NCBI GenBank assembly: GCA_044222185.1
Contig: JBGANV010000004.1
Location: 384,001-448,000, forward strand
Reading direction: 5' to 3'
Length of the DNA stretch: 64,000 nt
Source: Planctomycetota bacterium
GTDB lineage: Bacteria > Planctomycetota > GCA-002687715 > CAIWVZ01
This document shows, piece by piece, positions 1-12,700 of this stretch. Each line of letters begins with the position of its first letter. The first letter of the stretch is position 1. The notes beneath the pieces were generated by a model. That model was not told the DNA's origin. It saw only the letters and a program-made list of their open reading frames with translations, and searched no databases. Position numbers and translations under genes: made by a program.

Positions 1-257
1 GGCACCTCGTGCGCCATGCGGCCCAGCTTCGTGATCGCAATCAGGAGCACGTCCGCGAGGCGTCGATGGCGAAGTTGTTCGCGTCGCAGGCGGCGAACGA
101 GATGGCCCGCATGGCCGTCGAGCTGCTCGGACCCGAGGGGTATCGCGACGACCTGCCCATCGCGCGCTTGTTCCGCGATGCGCGGATCACCGAGATCTAC
201 GAAGGCACGACCGAAGTCCAAAAACTCGTGATTGCCCGGACGTACCTGCGGGACTGA
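1..257 (+). CDS. acyl-CoA dehydrogenase, C-terminal part (runs off window start)
   Basis: EASMAKLFAS...G.EGY...LFRDARITEIYEGTTEVQKLVIAR is the canonical ACAD C-terminus. Confidence 0.9.
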   Translation, partial: HLVRHAAQLRDRNQEHVREASMAKLFASQAANEMARMAVELLGPEGYRDDLPIARLFRDARITEIYEGTTEVQKLVIARTYLRD

Positions 258-259
258 AG

Positions 260-1210
260 GTGGATGTTGCCGATCGCATCGCGCGCGGTGACCGGGGCGC
301 GCTCGCTCGCGCGCTGACGCTCGCGGAGAACGGCAGCCCGGACGTGGGCCCGCTCTTGCTCGCGCTGCGACCGCGGATCGGGCGCGCGCGCCGGATCGGA
401 TTCACCGGCCCGCCCGGCGCGGGGAAGAGCACGCTCGTGTCGGCGCTCGTTCGGACCGCACGCGCCCGGGGCCAGACGGTGGCCGTGCTCGCCGTCGACC
501 CGTCGAGCCCGTTCACGCTCGGCGCGCTCCTCGGCGATCGCATCCGCATGAACGAGCACGCACTCGACGCGGGCGTGTTCATCCGCAGTCAGTCGTCGCG
601 CGGTGCCGAGGGCGGACTTTCGGCCACGGCGCCGGACATGCTGGATGTGCTCGACGCGGGTGGGTTCGACGTGATCTTCGTCGAGACGGTGGGCGTCGGT
701 CAGGCCGAGCTCGAGGTCGTGCGGACGGCGGACGTCACGGTTGCCGTGGTCTCGCCGAACGCGGGCGACGTCGTTCAGGCGATGAAGGCCGGACTCCTCG
801 AGGCGGCGGACGTCATCGTCGTCAACAAGGCCGACCTGCCGGGCGCCGAGCAGGCGCGAAACGATTTGATCGCCGGCCTGGAACTCGCCGAACACGGCGA
901 GGAGAGCGCGCGGCGCGTGATCCTCGTGAGTGCGTCGAGCGGCGTCGGCGTCGCCGACGTGCTCGATCGGGCACTCGCCGTTCCCGATGCCGTCGTCGCC
1001 ACGCGGCGGGAGGCGGCGCTCGCGCGCCGGCTCGACGCGGCGGTCGTGCGTGAGCTCCTCCGCTTGCGACGCGCGCCGGGCGCGCGCGCCGCGTTCGACG
1101 CAGGCCTGGCTGCGGTGCGCGCGGGAGCCACAGATCTCGAGGCTGCGGCCAGAGCCGTGGCTGCCGCGGCCGCAAAATCCACGCATTCCCTGGGAGAGAC
1201 CCGTCCATGA
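260..1210 (+). CDS. meaB: methylmalonyl-CoA mutase-associated GTPase MeaB/ArgK
   Basis: [49 protein letters not shown]; adjacent to B12-binding subunit. Confidence 0.92.
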   Translation: MDVADRIARGDRGALARALTLAENGSPDVGPLLLALRPRIGRARRIGFTGPPGAGKSTLVSALVRTARARGQTVAVLAVDPSSPFTLGALLGDRIRMNEHALDAGVFIRSQSSRGAEGGLSATAPDMLDVLDAGGFDVIFVETVGVGQAELEVVRTADVTVAVVSPNAGDVVQAMKAGLLEAADVIVVNKADLPGAEQARNDLIAGLELAEHGEESARRVILVSASSGVGVADVLDRALAVPDAVVATRREAALARRLDAAVVRELLRLRRAPGARAAFDAGLAAVRAGATDLEAAARAVAAAAAKSTHSLGETRP

Positions 1211-1614
1211 GTGATCGCCGGATCCGGATTCTCGTCGCCAAGCCCGGGCTCGACGGGCATGACCGCGGGGCGAAGGTCGTGGCCGCGGCCCTTCGCGACG
1301 CCGGCATGGAAGTTATCTACACGGGCCTTCATCAGACGCCCGAGATGATCGTGCGCGCTGCCATCGACGAGGACGTGGACGCGATCGGCCTGTCGGTCCA
1401 CTCGGGCGCGCACATGACGCTCTTCACCAAGGTCATCGAGCTGATGAAGCAGAACGGGCTGAACGACGTCCTCCTCACGGGCGGGGGAATCATCCCGGCC
1501 GAGGATCGCGGGAAGCTCGAAGCGCTCGGCGTCGGCAAGATCTTCGGACCCGGCACCCCGACCGGCGAGCTGGCCACCTACATCCGGTCCGAGGTGGCGC
1601 GCCGCAGGCCGTGA
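1207..1614 (+). CDS. cobalamin-binding domain protein (acyl-CoA mutase small subunit)
   Basis: [13 protein letters not shown] (DxHxxG), [15 protein letters not shown]; ATGA overlap with meaB. Confidence 0.93.
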   Translation: MSDRRIRILVAKPGLDGHDRGAKVVAAALRDAGMEVIYTGLHQTPEMIVRAAIDEDVDAIGLSVHSGAHMTLFTKVIELMKQNGLNDVLLTGGGIIPAEDRGKLEALGVGKIFGPGTPTGELATYIRSEVARRRP

Positions 1615-1763
1615 GGGTTGACGGACGAGGCCTTCCACGGGGCGCGTCCGGCTGCTCCGGGGCGCCCTGCGGGCGCCTGACTGATAGCCACAACCCGTTT
1701 CCATGAATATTCTTGGGTTGCATGGTTGAAAATTGACATTCACGATGTCGAACCTCGAGCTGC

Positions 1764-2993
1764 ATGCTCGATCCGCATTGGCGTCACCACTTGGACCGAG
1801 CACTTCGAGAGGCGCCCATCGTGGCGCTCGTGGGCGCCCGTCAGGTGCCAAAAACGACGCTCGCTCGCACGCTCGACGAGCCGACGCGTCGCGATCTCGC
1901 CGCGACTGATCCCGTTGGCTTCCTCCGCCGGAACGAGCCCCTCATCATCGACGAGGTCCACCGGGTGCCGGAGCTGTTCCCCGCGCTGAAGATGTCCGTC
2001 GATGCGGATCGGCGTGCGGGACGGTTCGTGTTGCTGGGAAGTGCGAACTTTCTGCTGATGCGTCGCATCTCGGAGACTCTCGCCGGACGCATTCAGATCC
2101 TCGAGCTACCCGGGATGACGTTCTCCGAACGACACGCGCGGTCACCGTCGCCGATGTGGGCCGCCGCGATGTCAGCCCGGACCGTCGAGGCCGTCGAGCT
2201 GTGTCTTTCGTTCGTGACACCAAGCGAGTCCCTCGCAGCGGCGAGCGATCGCGGAGGCCTCATACCCGCGGCGCTCGACGATGACCCGGACCGCCGCGAC
2301 CGCTGGCTCGGCGCCTACGTCAGCACCTATGTCGAGCGCGACCTTCGTGACCTGTCCCAGGTCGGATCCCTGACCGACTTCCGCAGGTTCATCGGACTCG
2401 TCGCCCTTCGGACGGCACAGGTGTTGAACGCGTCAGACCTCGCTCGCGACAGTGGTGTGTCGGTTGGCACCGTCCGGAACTGGCTCGGCCTCCTCGAGAC
2501 GTCGTTCATCGTTCGCACAGTTGCCCCATTCCTGCCGAACCTCGGCAAGCGACTGACGCGAGCCCCGAAGCTCCACATCCGGGACGCCGCGCTTGCGTGG
2601 CACCTCGTCGGCGTGAACGGGGGCGAGGCTCGCCGAACTCACGCGCTCGCTGGATCGATCCTCGAATCCTGGATCATCGAGGAGATACTCGCGCAGTTGT
2701 CGGCAACGGATGTACGCGCCAACCCACTGTACATGCGCGTCCACGGAGGTGGCGAGATCGACATGGTCCTCGAACGCGGAGCACGGGCCCTTCCGGTCGA
2801 GATCAAGGCGGTCGCGCGCGTGCGGCCGGAGCAGCTCAAGTCGATCCGGATGTTGCTCGACGACCTCGGGCCGGATCGCGCCCCGCTCGGGCTCGTGATC
2901 TACGACGGCACGGACGTGATCCGCAGTCACCGGGATGTTCTCATCGTGCCTTGGCGACACGCGCTTTGTGGCGCGGCCGTTCCGCCACCCTGA
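1764..2993 (+). CDS. AAA_14 ATPase + DUF4143 protein (Walker A degenerate)
   Basis: GARQVPKTT, IIDEVHRVP, LGSAN, ETLAGRI, YVERDLRDL, KRLTRAPKLH, EIDMV...PVEIK. Confidence 0.85.
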   Translation: MLDPHWRHHLDRALREAPIVALVGARQVPKTTLARTLDEPTRRDLAATDPVGFLRRNEPLIIDEVHRVPELFPALKMSVDADRRAGRFVLLGSANFLLMRRISETLAGRIQILELPGMTFSERHARSPSPMWAAAMSARTVEAVELCLSFVTPSESLAAASDRGGLIPAALDDDPDRRDRWLGAYVSTYVERDLRDLSQVGSLTDFRRFIGLVALRTAQVLNASDLARDSGVSVGTVRNWLGLLETSFIVRTVAPFLPNLGKRLTRAPKLHIRDAALAWHLVGVNGGEARRTHALAGSILESWIIEEILAQLSATDVRANPLYMRVHGGGEIDMVLERGARALPVEIKAVARVRPEQLKSIRMLLDDLGPDRAPLGLVIYDGTDVIRSHRDVLIVPWRHALCGAAVPPP

Positions 2994-3010
2994 ACGCGAG
3001 CGGTGCGACG

Positions 3011-3610
3011 TCAGGGCTCGACGGGAGGGCCGGCCTGCCGCATCAACCGCTCGATGCGGCGGTCGGGAATCAGCCAGATGAGCGCGACCGTGACGTAGAG
3101 GGCGTTTGCGATCCATGGGCTCACGAACGCGCAGGGGATGGCGACGGCGTAGATCACGGGCGAGAGCTTGCCCTTCAGATCCCGCCCGACGGCGCGCGCG
3201 AGCATGGATTCGTTGCCGTGCACGACGAGGATCGTTCGCTGGAGGTTCCAGTAGGCGATCGCTGCCATCAGCAGCACGAAGCCATACAGCGCGGTGGGAG
3301 CCGCTGCGAATCGGCTCTCGCCGGTCCAACCCGTCGCGAACGGAATCAACGAAAGCCAGAACAAGAGGTACAGGTTCGCCCAGAGCACGCCGCCCGACAC
3401 CTGCTTCGCCGCCTGCAGCATGTGGTGGTGGTTGTTCCAGTAGATGCCGACGTAGAGGAAGCTCAGGACGTAGCTCACGAACACGGGCAGGATCGGCGTG
3501 AGGTCCGCGAGCGACGCCGTGGCGTGCGGCACCTTCATCTCGAGGACCATGATCGTGAGGGCGATCGCCAGCACTCCGTCGCTGAAGGCCTCCAGGCGTC
3601 CTTTGTTCAT
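3011..3610 (-). CDS. TMEM175 family K+ channel (DUF1211)
   Basis: RLEAFSDGVLAIALTIMVLE, YWNNHHH, WLSLIPF; multiple TM helices. Confidence 0.93.
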   Translation of the reverse strand: MNKGRLEAFSDGVLAIALTIMVLEMKVPHATASLADLTPILPVFVSYVLSFLYVGIYWNNHHHMLQAAKQVSGGVLWANLYLLFWLSLIPFATGWTGESRFAAAPTALYGFVLLMAAIAYWNLQRTILVVHGNESMLARAVGRDLKGKLSPVIYAVAIPCAFVSPWIANALYVTVALIWLIPDRRIERLMRQAGPPVEP

Positions 3611-3789
3611 GGTATTGCTCGGGTCCTGCGGTGGGCTCGTCGTCAGGGGGCGGGTAAACCCCAGGCCGCCGTCGTTCGGGCGACGATCCTATCGCTCGTG
3701 CGACGATGCATGGCGCGGCGTAGGATGCGCGCCGGCGGGCTCGAGCAGGTCACGGTCGCGTCGCCTGCATTGTCATCTGGAGGATCGTC

Positions 3790-4314
3790 ATGGCCGAAGA
3801 TGCGAGGCCACGCCGTGCGAACCTGTTCACCACGGTCGGGTGCTACGGACTTGGGGCCGCGATCGGAGCTGGGATCGGAGCGCTCGGCTTTTGGGGACTG
3901 ACGTGCTTGATCCTGCGCGTCTTGGGCCGCGACTGGAACCGCTTCGGTACGGTCGTGCTGCTGACGATCGTGCCACCGGTCCTGACGCTCGTTGCGTCGT
4001 ACGTCCTCGTCCGGCTCGTTCCGCGGGTCGGTGCCTGGCGCGTCTCTCTCGGAGTCGGCTATCTGCTCGGAGTCTGGTTCCCTCCTCCCTGGGTCTTGGA
4101 GTCCATGTTTGGCTGGGTTGGCGATCAAGGCGCCCCTGCGCCGACAGTGCAATTCCATTGGCTCTCGACGCCCGCAGCCCTCCTCATCGTGTCGGTCCAC
4201 GTGGGATCGCCCCTGGCGTTGATCGTCGCGACCCTCGTTGGCATTCGCCTCGTCTTCCGCGGCCGCACTCAACCCAGCAACTCATCCGTCGAAGCCTGCC
4301 GCCCAGCCGCGTGA
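3790..4314 (+). CDS. hypothetical membrane protein
   Basis: GGAGG RBS upstream; about 4 hydrophobic segments; no recognised motif. Confidence 0.55.
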   Translation: MAEDARPRRANLFTTVGCYGLGAAIGAGIGALGFWGLTCLILRVLGRDWNRFGTVVLLTIVPPVLTLVASYVLVRLVPRVGAWRVSLGVGYLLGVWFPPPWVLESMFGWVGDQGAPAPTVQFHWLSTPAALLIVSVHVGSPLALIVATLVGIRLVFRGRTQPSNSSVEACRPAA

Positions 4315-4747
4315 GCCGCGGCATGCCAGCGCCGCCGGAACGCCAAGCTCCGGCTTGGCTGGACCGCGAGGCCTCCGGACTCGCGTGAATGTTGAAAGCC
4401 ATTCCTCATCGGGCGGCTGCGGTCGAGTGGGCAACGGTGTGCTGCCAGGAATCGAGGCAGGGCTGGAGCGCGGCGCTCTTGTCGCTCGGAACGCCAAGCT
4501 CCGGCTTGGCTGGACCGCGAGGCCTCCGGACTCGCGCGAATGTTGAAAGCCGTTCCTCATCGGGCGGCCGCGATCGAGTGGGCAACGGTGTGCTGCCAGG
4601 AATCGAGGCAGGGCTGGAGCCCTGCCGTCCGGCCGCGCTGGAGCACGGCGCTCCGGCCGCTCGGAACGCCAAGCTCCGGCTTGGCTGGACCGCGAGGCCT
4701 CCGGACTCGCGTGAATGTTGAAAGCCGTTCCTCATCGGGCGGCTGCG
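4296..4747. repeat. REP/REPIN-like tandem array, about 3 units of 150-175 bp with internal hairpins
   Basis: CGGAACGCCAAGCTCCGGCTTGGCTGGACCGCGAGGCCTCCGGACTCGCG... starts at 4336, 4487 and 4662; hairpins GCCAAGC-TCCG-GCTTGGC and CGCGAG..CTCGCG. Confidence 0.85.
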
Positions 4748-5029
4748 CTGCACCAACCACCTGCGGTTCGCATTCGCCGCAGACCCATGTGCGGACCCGA
4801 TCCTGTGCGGCGCATTTGTGTGATGCGCGCATTGTTTCTGATTCCACGACGCCGCGGCGGCGAAACGAGTTGCGCGCCAGAAAAGTAGGCACGGCTGCGC
4901 CGGCTCCGAACGGCGCTTTTTCGCGGCGTAGTTTCGCACGACGACGGGGGCGTCTCGTGCGATCGAGGGAAGCGCGAAGGCACGGGGCCTTCGCGGACGC
5001 TCGCGCACCGCCCGCGGCGGGAGGGCGAC

Positions 5030-6037
5030 ATGAGCGGGCAATCACCAGGTGCGCAAGGCAACATCGCGATCTTCGAGGCGGCGGACGGAACGATCCGGCT
5101 CGACGTGAGGCTGGAGAGGGAGACGGTGTGGCTCACACAAGCGCAGATGGCGGAGTTGTTCGGCCGCGAGCGGTCCGTCGTGACCAAGCACATCCGGAAC
5201 GTGTTCCGCGAGGGCGAATTGGAGGAGGCGACCAATGTGCATTTCTTGCACATTGCTTCCTCTGACAAACCGATCGCGATCTACAGCCTCGACGTCATCC
5301 TCTCCGTCGGCTATCGCGTGAACTCCAAGCGCGGCACCCAGTTCAGGATCTGGGCGACGCGCGTCCTTCGGGATCACGTGCTCCGTGGCTGGAGTCTGAA
5401 CGAATGGCGACTGCGGGAGGTCGGACTTCGCGACCTCGAGCAGGCCATGGCCCTGCTGTCGGGGACGCTCGTCACCAACGCGATCGTCACCGAGGAGGGC
5501 GGGGCCGTCCTCGACGTCGTCCGCCGGTACGCGAGTTCGTGGCGGCTGCTTCTCGAGTTCGACGAAGATCGACTCGCCGTCACGCCCCGCCACCCCGTGC
5601 CGCCCACGCCGGAGGTGACGCTGGCGAGCGCGCGCCAGGTCGTCGCGACCCTCCGCGACGATCTGAACTCTCGGGGACAGGCGACGTCACTCTTCGGCCT
5701 GGAGCGGGGCGACCAGCTGGCAGCCGCGCTCGGCGCCATCGAGCAGACGTTCGACGGGCGTCCTCTCTACCCGAATGCCCAATCCCGCGCCGCGCACCTG
5801 CTGTACCTGGTGATCAAGGACCACCCGTTTGCCGACGGGAACAAGCGGATCGGCACCCTCCTGTTCCTCGACTACCCCCGCCGTGCGGGCCTGTTGATGC
5901 TGGCCGATGGCAGGCCGCGGCTCGCGGACAACGCCGTCGTGGCCCTGGCGCTGCTCGTCGCCGAGAGTCGGCCGGCTCAGAAGGACCTCATGGTTCGGCT
6001 CGTGCTGAGCCTGCTCGAGAACGGCGAGACCTCATGA
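5030..6037 (+). CDS. RhuM-family N-terminal domain fused to Fic/Doc domain
   Basis: ETVWLTQAQMAELF, YSLDVILSVGYRVNSKRGTQFRIWAT; HPFADGNKRIG. Confidence 0.9.
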   Translation: MSGQSPGAQGNIAIFEAADGTIRLDVRLERETVWLTQAQMAELFGRERSVVTKHIRNVFREGELEEATNVHFLHIASSDKPIAIYSLDVILSVGYRVNSKRGTQFRIWATRVLRDHVLRGWSLNEWRLREVGLRDLEQAMALLSGTLVTNAIVTEEGGAVLDVVRRYASSWRLLLEFDEDRLAVTPRHPVPPTPEVTLASARQVVATLRDDLNSRGQATSLFGLERGDQLAAALGAIEQTFDGRPLYPNAQSRAAHLLYLVIKDHPFADGNKRIGTLLFLDYPRRAGLLMLADGRPRLADNAVVALALLVAESRPAQKDLMVRLVLSLLENGETS

Positions 6038-6248
6038 TCCTTTGACCACGACGGGACCGTTCGGCGAGGCGAAACGCCACCGATGAACACGCGCCCGACG
6101 GTCCCACAAGGCTCCCCATGCGGCAGTTTCCGGCGATTTCGGGCCAAGGCCTGCAACGCGATGTCACCCTCGCCGGATGCGCGGGGTCATTGATACACTC
6201 CGACGCTTTTCGAAGCCGACGGATTCGCACTCGCTACGGAGCAGCCGT

Positions 6249-6944
6249 TTGAGCAGTTCCTGCAACCCACTCAACTCGTCGATCGGTGCCAAGAACGTGA
6301 TGGCCATCACGGGCATCTGTCTCGTCCTCTTCGTGCTCGTGCACATGGCCGGCAACCTCCAGGTCTTCGCGGGACCGGACAAGCTGAACGCCTACGCCAA
6401 GGGGCTTCGCGACCTCGGGCCGCTCCTGTGGGTCGCGCGGATCGGACTCCTCGCGCTGTTCGGGCTCCACATCGCGGCAGCGCTGCGGGTGAACGCCCGC
6501 AACAAGGCCGCGCGCCCCACGCCGTACCTCACGGCGCAGCCGCAGGTCACGAGCTACGCCGCGCGAACGATGTTCATGACGGGGCTCGTCATCGCCGCCT
6601 TCGCGCTCTATCACCTCGCTCACTTCACGTGGGGCTGGGTCCAGAGCGCCAACCACGGCCTCCTCGATGACAAGGGCCGCACCGACGTCTACACGATGGT
6701 CGTGAAGGGGTTCCAGAACCCGATCGTCACGCTCACCTACGTCATCGCGCAGGTGCTGCTGGCCCTGCACATCTCCCACGGCGCGTCGAGCGCGTTCCAG
6801 ACGCTCGGCGTCACGAACCCGCGACTGAAGTTCCTGAAGGCCGGCCTGGGCAAGGTCGTCGGCGGCATCGTGCTCCTGGGGAACCTGTCGATGCCCATCT
6901 CGATCCTCCTTGGGATCATCACCCTTCCGACCGGAGCCCGCTGA
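6249..6944 (+). CDS. sdhC: succinate dehydrogenase/fumarate reductase cytochrome b subunit
   Basis: SSIGAK.VMAITG, HMAGNL, several heme-ligand His; TTG start chosen after GGAG RBS. Confidence 0.88.
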   Translation: MSSSCNPLNSSIGAKNVMAITGICLVLFVLVHMAGNLQVFAGPDKLNAYAKGLRDLGPLLWVARIGLLALFGLHIAAALRVNARNKAARPTPYLTAQPQVTSYAARTMFMTGLVIAAFALYHLAHFTWGWVQSANHGLLDDKGRTDVYTMVVKGFQNPIVTLTYVIAQVLLALHISHGASSAFQTLGVTNPRLKFLKAGLGKVVGGIVLLGNLSMPISILLGIITLPTGAR

Positions 6945-8856
6945 TGAAGCTCGATGCCAAGATCCCGTCGGGGCCGCTCGCGCAGAAGTGGGAGAAGCAC
7001 CGCTTCGATCTGAAGCTGGTCAACCCGGCCAACAAGCGGAAGTTCAAGGTCATCGTCGTGGGGACGGGGCTCGCGGGCGGTTCGGCCGCGGCCACCATGG
7101 CGGAGCTCGGCTACAACGTCGACTGCTTCTGCTTCCACGACAGCGCGCGCCGCGCGCACTCGATCGCCGCCCAGGGCGGAATCAACGCCGCGAAGAATTA
7201 CCAGAACGACGGCGACAGCACGTGGCGCCTCTTCTACGACACGATCAAAGGTGGTGACTTCCGCGCTCGCGAGGCGAACGTCCACCGCCTCGCCGAGGTG
7301 AGTACGGCGATCATCGACCAGTGCGTCGCGCAGGGCGTGCCGTTCGCCCGCGAGTACGGCGGGACGCTCGCCAACCGCTCCTTCGGCGGCGCCCAGGTGT
7401 CGCGCACGTTCTATGCGCGTGGCCAGACTGGGCAGCAGCTCCTGCTCGGGTGCTATGCCGCGCTCAGCCGCCAGGTCGGCGCGGGCAAGGTGAAGATGCA
7501 CCCGCGGCTCGAGATGCTCGACGTCGTCATCAGCGAGGGGCGCGCGCGCGGCATCGTCACCCGCGACCTCGTCAACGGGAAGATCGAGACGTGGGCCGCG
7601 GATGCGGTCGTCCTCGCGACCGGTGGCTACAGCAACGTCTTCTTCCTCTCGACGAACGCCAAGGCGTGCAACGTGACGGCGGCCTATCGCGCTTACAAAC
7701 GCGGCGCCGGGTTCGCCAACCCGTGCTTCACGCAGATCCACCCGACGGGCATTCCGGCGAGCAGTGATCACAGCTCGAAGACGACGCTGATGTCCGAGTC
7801 GCTGCGCAACGACGGCCGTGTGTGGGTGCCGCTGAAGCAGAAGGACACGCGGGCGCCGGACCAGATCCCCGAGTCCGAGCGCGACTATTACCTGGAGCGG
7901 CGTTATCCGTCGTTCGGCAACCTGGCCCCGCGCGACATCTCGTCCCGCGCGGCCAAGGCCGTGTGCGACGAAGGCCGCGGCGTGGGTCCGAGCGGCATGG
8001 GTGTCTACCTGGATTTCGCCGACGCCATCAAGCGCCTCGGCGTCGATCAGATCGCCCAGCGCTACGGCAACTTGTTCGACATGTATCAGAACATCACGGG
8101 GGAGAACCCCTACAAGACGCCCATGCGCATCTACCCGGCTGCGCACTACACCATGGGCGGGTTGTGGGTGGACTACAACCTCATGAGCACGGTGCCGGGG
8201 CTCTTCGTCATCGGTGAAGCCAACTTCTCCGATCACGGGGCGAACCGCCTCGGCGCGAGCGCACTGATGCAGGGCCTCGCGGACGGCTACTTCGTCCTGC
8301 CGTACACGATCGGCGGCTATCTGGCTGAGACGGGGCCGTCGAAGATCGGCGCCGATCACGGCGACTTCCGTACGGTTGCGAACGAGGTCGAAGCGGCGAC
8401 GAAGCGGCTCTTGTCGATCAACGGCAAGCGCTCGCCCGACAGCTTCCACATCGAACTCGGCAAGGTGATGTGGGACGAGTGCGGCATGGCCCGCACGAAG
8501 GAAGGACTGGGCCGCGCGCTCAAGCGCATCCCCGAGATTCGCGCGGAGTTCTACAAGAACCTGCGCGTCCTCGGCGAGCCTGGCAACTTGAACCAGACTC
8601 TCGAGAAGGCGGCGCGCGTGGCCGACTTCCTCGAGTTCGCCGAGCTCATGTGCCGCGACGCGCTCATGCGCGAGGAGTCGTGCGGCGGCCACTTCCGCGT
8701 CGAGCACCAGACCCCGGACGGCGAGGCGAAGCGCGACGACGCGAACTTCGCCCACGCGACCGTGTGGGAGTACCAGGGCCCGTCGGCCGAACCCGCGATG
8801 CACAAGGAACCGCTGACCTTCGAGAACGTCCACCTCGCGACCCGGAGCTACAAGTA

Positions 8857-8857
<1 letters not shown>
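6944..8857 (+). CDS. sdhA: succinate dehydrogenase/fumarate reductase flavoprotein subunit
   Basis: [60 protein letters not shown]. Confidence 0.96.
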
Positions 8858-9630
<773 letters not shown>

Positions 9631-9711
9631 TCACCGCGAGCCGAGCGTCCGGCGTCACCGGATGCGCGGCTCGGCGCCTCGCGGCATGGCAATCCTCGGA
9701 CCGGCCGCCGT

Positions 9712-12700
9712 TCAGAAGTTCCACAGGAGCCGCTGCAGGAGCGCATTGGGCGGCGGCGACGTGCCCGTGTCGTGCCGCGCATCGGCATTCTGGGGCTCGG
9801 TCAGGCGCTTCATGGCTCGCGGATCCGGGTCGAACACCTGCGGCTGCAGAGCCGCAGGGACGAGCGGCAACAGCCCCATGAGGTTCAGCGGGTCCCAACT
9901 GTGGACGCCATCGGCGGTCGGGTCGTGGGGTTGGTTTCCCGCCGCCAGGATGTGCCAGATCTCGTGCGAGAGGATGTGAGGATTGAGCCCGGGCGAGAAG
10001 TTGGGCGCGCCCGTGGGGACCATGGGCACTTCGAGCCCCATCGCGATCCTCCCGATGAACGCGGTGTTGCGGAACGCGATCGGGTCCGACGGCCCTTCGG
10101 GCCAGTGAGAGATCCCAAGAATCGACCCGGACTGGAGGGTGCTGCCGGCTTCGGGGTTGTCGAGCAGGAAGACGTCGATCGCCGTCGTGTCGGTCCCCGC
10201 ATAGTTCAACGCGAGCGCATACGCATCGTCTCCGGTCGCCACATCCGGCGGAGAATTCAATCCTGTCACGTGCAGGCCGATGATCTGGTCCTCCTCCGGG
10301 TCCTCGTTGTCGAAGTACTCGTAGTCGCTCACGTAGAACCTCGTCGTGATGTTCGCCGGGAAGGGGCTCTCTCGCCGGTTGACGACGACGAAGTAGTGCA
10401 GCGACATCGAGTAGGGGATGGGGACGACCTCCGTCGTGAGAGGCCCTTGCGCCGTGGGAGTCGCCTGAATTGCCGCGGCGATGTTCGCGGCGACCGTCGC
10501 CATCGATTGGTCCTTCGCAAACGGCACGGTGTAGTTCGTCCCGTTGATCGCGCCCACGATGGTTCCACCGCGCAGCATGTGATCCGCGGGACCCTGCTCG
10601 ATGAGGATCACGTTGTTCACTGGCACGAGGTTCGTCGTCGATGCGGCAACGGCCCGGATCCCGCATTGGGCGAGGTCGTCGTTCACCCAATCCACGGCCT
10701 GTGCGTAGTTCCACGACTGACCGGGCAGGCCGAACAGGCGGAGGCGGACCGTGCGAAGCGCATTGTCCTGGGGCTCGGACGGGGGGCGGAACACAGGCAG
10801 GCTGCGCTCCATGAACGTGATGCCACCCAACGCGAGCCTCGCCCGAATGGTGTCGTTCGATAGGACACCGGGCGGGTGCGACGCAAGGTCGTTGTCCAGG
10901 CGGGCGAGCCGCGTGCTCTGGCCACACTGGACGTCGTCGGCGGAGTTGGAGACGAGGCGGATCGTTCCGGTGCGCGATGCGGGAACCCCGTTCAGCGTGC
11001 CCGTCGTCAGGGGATGAACCTCGCTGCTTCGGATCGTCTCCGTCGCCGGGTCGATCATCACGTCGACGCGCACCATGAAATTCAACGAAGACTCGAGCCC
11101 GACGGCCTCAACGCGGAAGTTGTCGGGGTCGCCGGTCGGAAGCGCGTCGAACGCCAGCGCGGGCGGGAACGACCCGTCGGGCGCGTCGTTCGTCAGCCGG
11201 TTCGTCACCACCTTGCTGATCTGTAGCGCTGCCGTGGCGCCGAAGAGAGCCTTGGGTTGCGACGTGTCGTCGAGAAACCGCAGGCCGACGACCGTGACCG
11301 ACACCACGTCCCGGCACATGAGTCGAAGGGTCGTCGCGTTGCTCAGGACCTCCACGTGAATGAGCGTCTGCCCCGGATTGATGCCCTCGATGAAGTAGTT
11401 GACCGTTCCCGCAGTCGTGAACGGGAGGAACGCGCCGTTCGTGATCTCGCCCGTCTTGTTGGGTGCCGTGAAGATCCGGACGCCGTTGGTCGGGAACCAC
11501 GAGATGCGGAACTTCGCCTGGGTCGAGGGCGGTGCGAACGGGACGATCAACTGCATCGGGCGCAGGTCGTCGTCCACGAAGCCGCCAGCGTCCGCGAGGT
11601 CCGACACGCCGTTACCGTCGTCGTCATCGTCGTCGACGGGAACCAACGCACCAGGTCGACATTCCTCGGAGGCTTCGTCGGCGGTCGTGAGGGCTCCGTC
11701 GTCGTTCGTGTCGACGCGAAGGTTGGCTGCCGGATACACGGCGATCGTCAACGGCGTCGCGCTGGCGGCGGGGTCGTCGTAGTTGGCCCACGAGCCCGTG
11801 CTGCCATACCAGGGCGGCATGCCGTCGTCGCCGATCATGTTCAGCCGGATCGACGTCGCCGCCTGGATCGGGGGAGTCCACCAGACAGGTTGCTGCGCGT
11901 TCGACGTTCCCGAGCCGGACGTGAAGCTGCTGCCCGGCTCGCTCACGAAGTACCCCGGACCCGACACGGCAGACCACGAGTAGGTGACCGAGTCGCGGCA
12001 GTCGTACTCGATGAAGCTGTTGACCTGACATTGCCAGCGCTTGCGATCGTAGTCGGTGACCGTGGCCCAGACGGGCGTGGGTGTTTCGGCACAGAGGAAC
12101 CCGTCCGGCGGGCCCGACGTGCTCGACGTCAGCACGTATGGCGGCGTCACGTTCTGGGGAAGAGGCGACGAGAGCGTGCAGTTGCAGGATGCCCCCGTCT
12201 GCCCGATCACCGAGCCGGGCGGTGTCGCCTGGCAGTATCCCGGCGGCGGGTCGATCCGCACGTGATACATGCCATTCGCGGTCCGCGTCACCGTCACGAT
12301 CAGTTCGGGGAAGTGGCCATCGCACGCCAGCCGATCGACGCGAGGATCGTCGAACCCCGGCGGGACCGACACGCCCGTGGCCTGCGTGAAGAACGCATCA
12401 TCGATGTTCATGGAGATCGTGAACGTCGTGCTGGTGTTCACGGCGAGTTTCCACGGAGGGTAGAAGACGACGGTGTCGCCTTGGGACGTGCGCACCTCGC
12501 GGCACTGGCGATCGACGAGCGTCGACCCGGTTCCTGACACGTCGTTCAGGATCCAGCTCACGTGCGTCGAGTCCCGATGAGGCGCCACGGTGAGGGGCGT
12601 GATGAGGTCGGCCTGCATGCCCCAGAACGTCGCCTCGTCCAGATCGTGTGGGAACACGCGGATGACGATGGGCTCGGGGAAGCACAGCGTCTTGTCGTAA

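Noticed and set aside
4296-4747. CRISPR array
   Set aside because: The conserved unit is ~130 bp, the linkers resemble each other rather than being unique spacers, and no cas genes are present.
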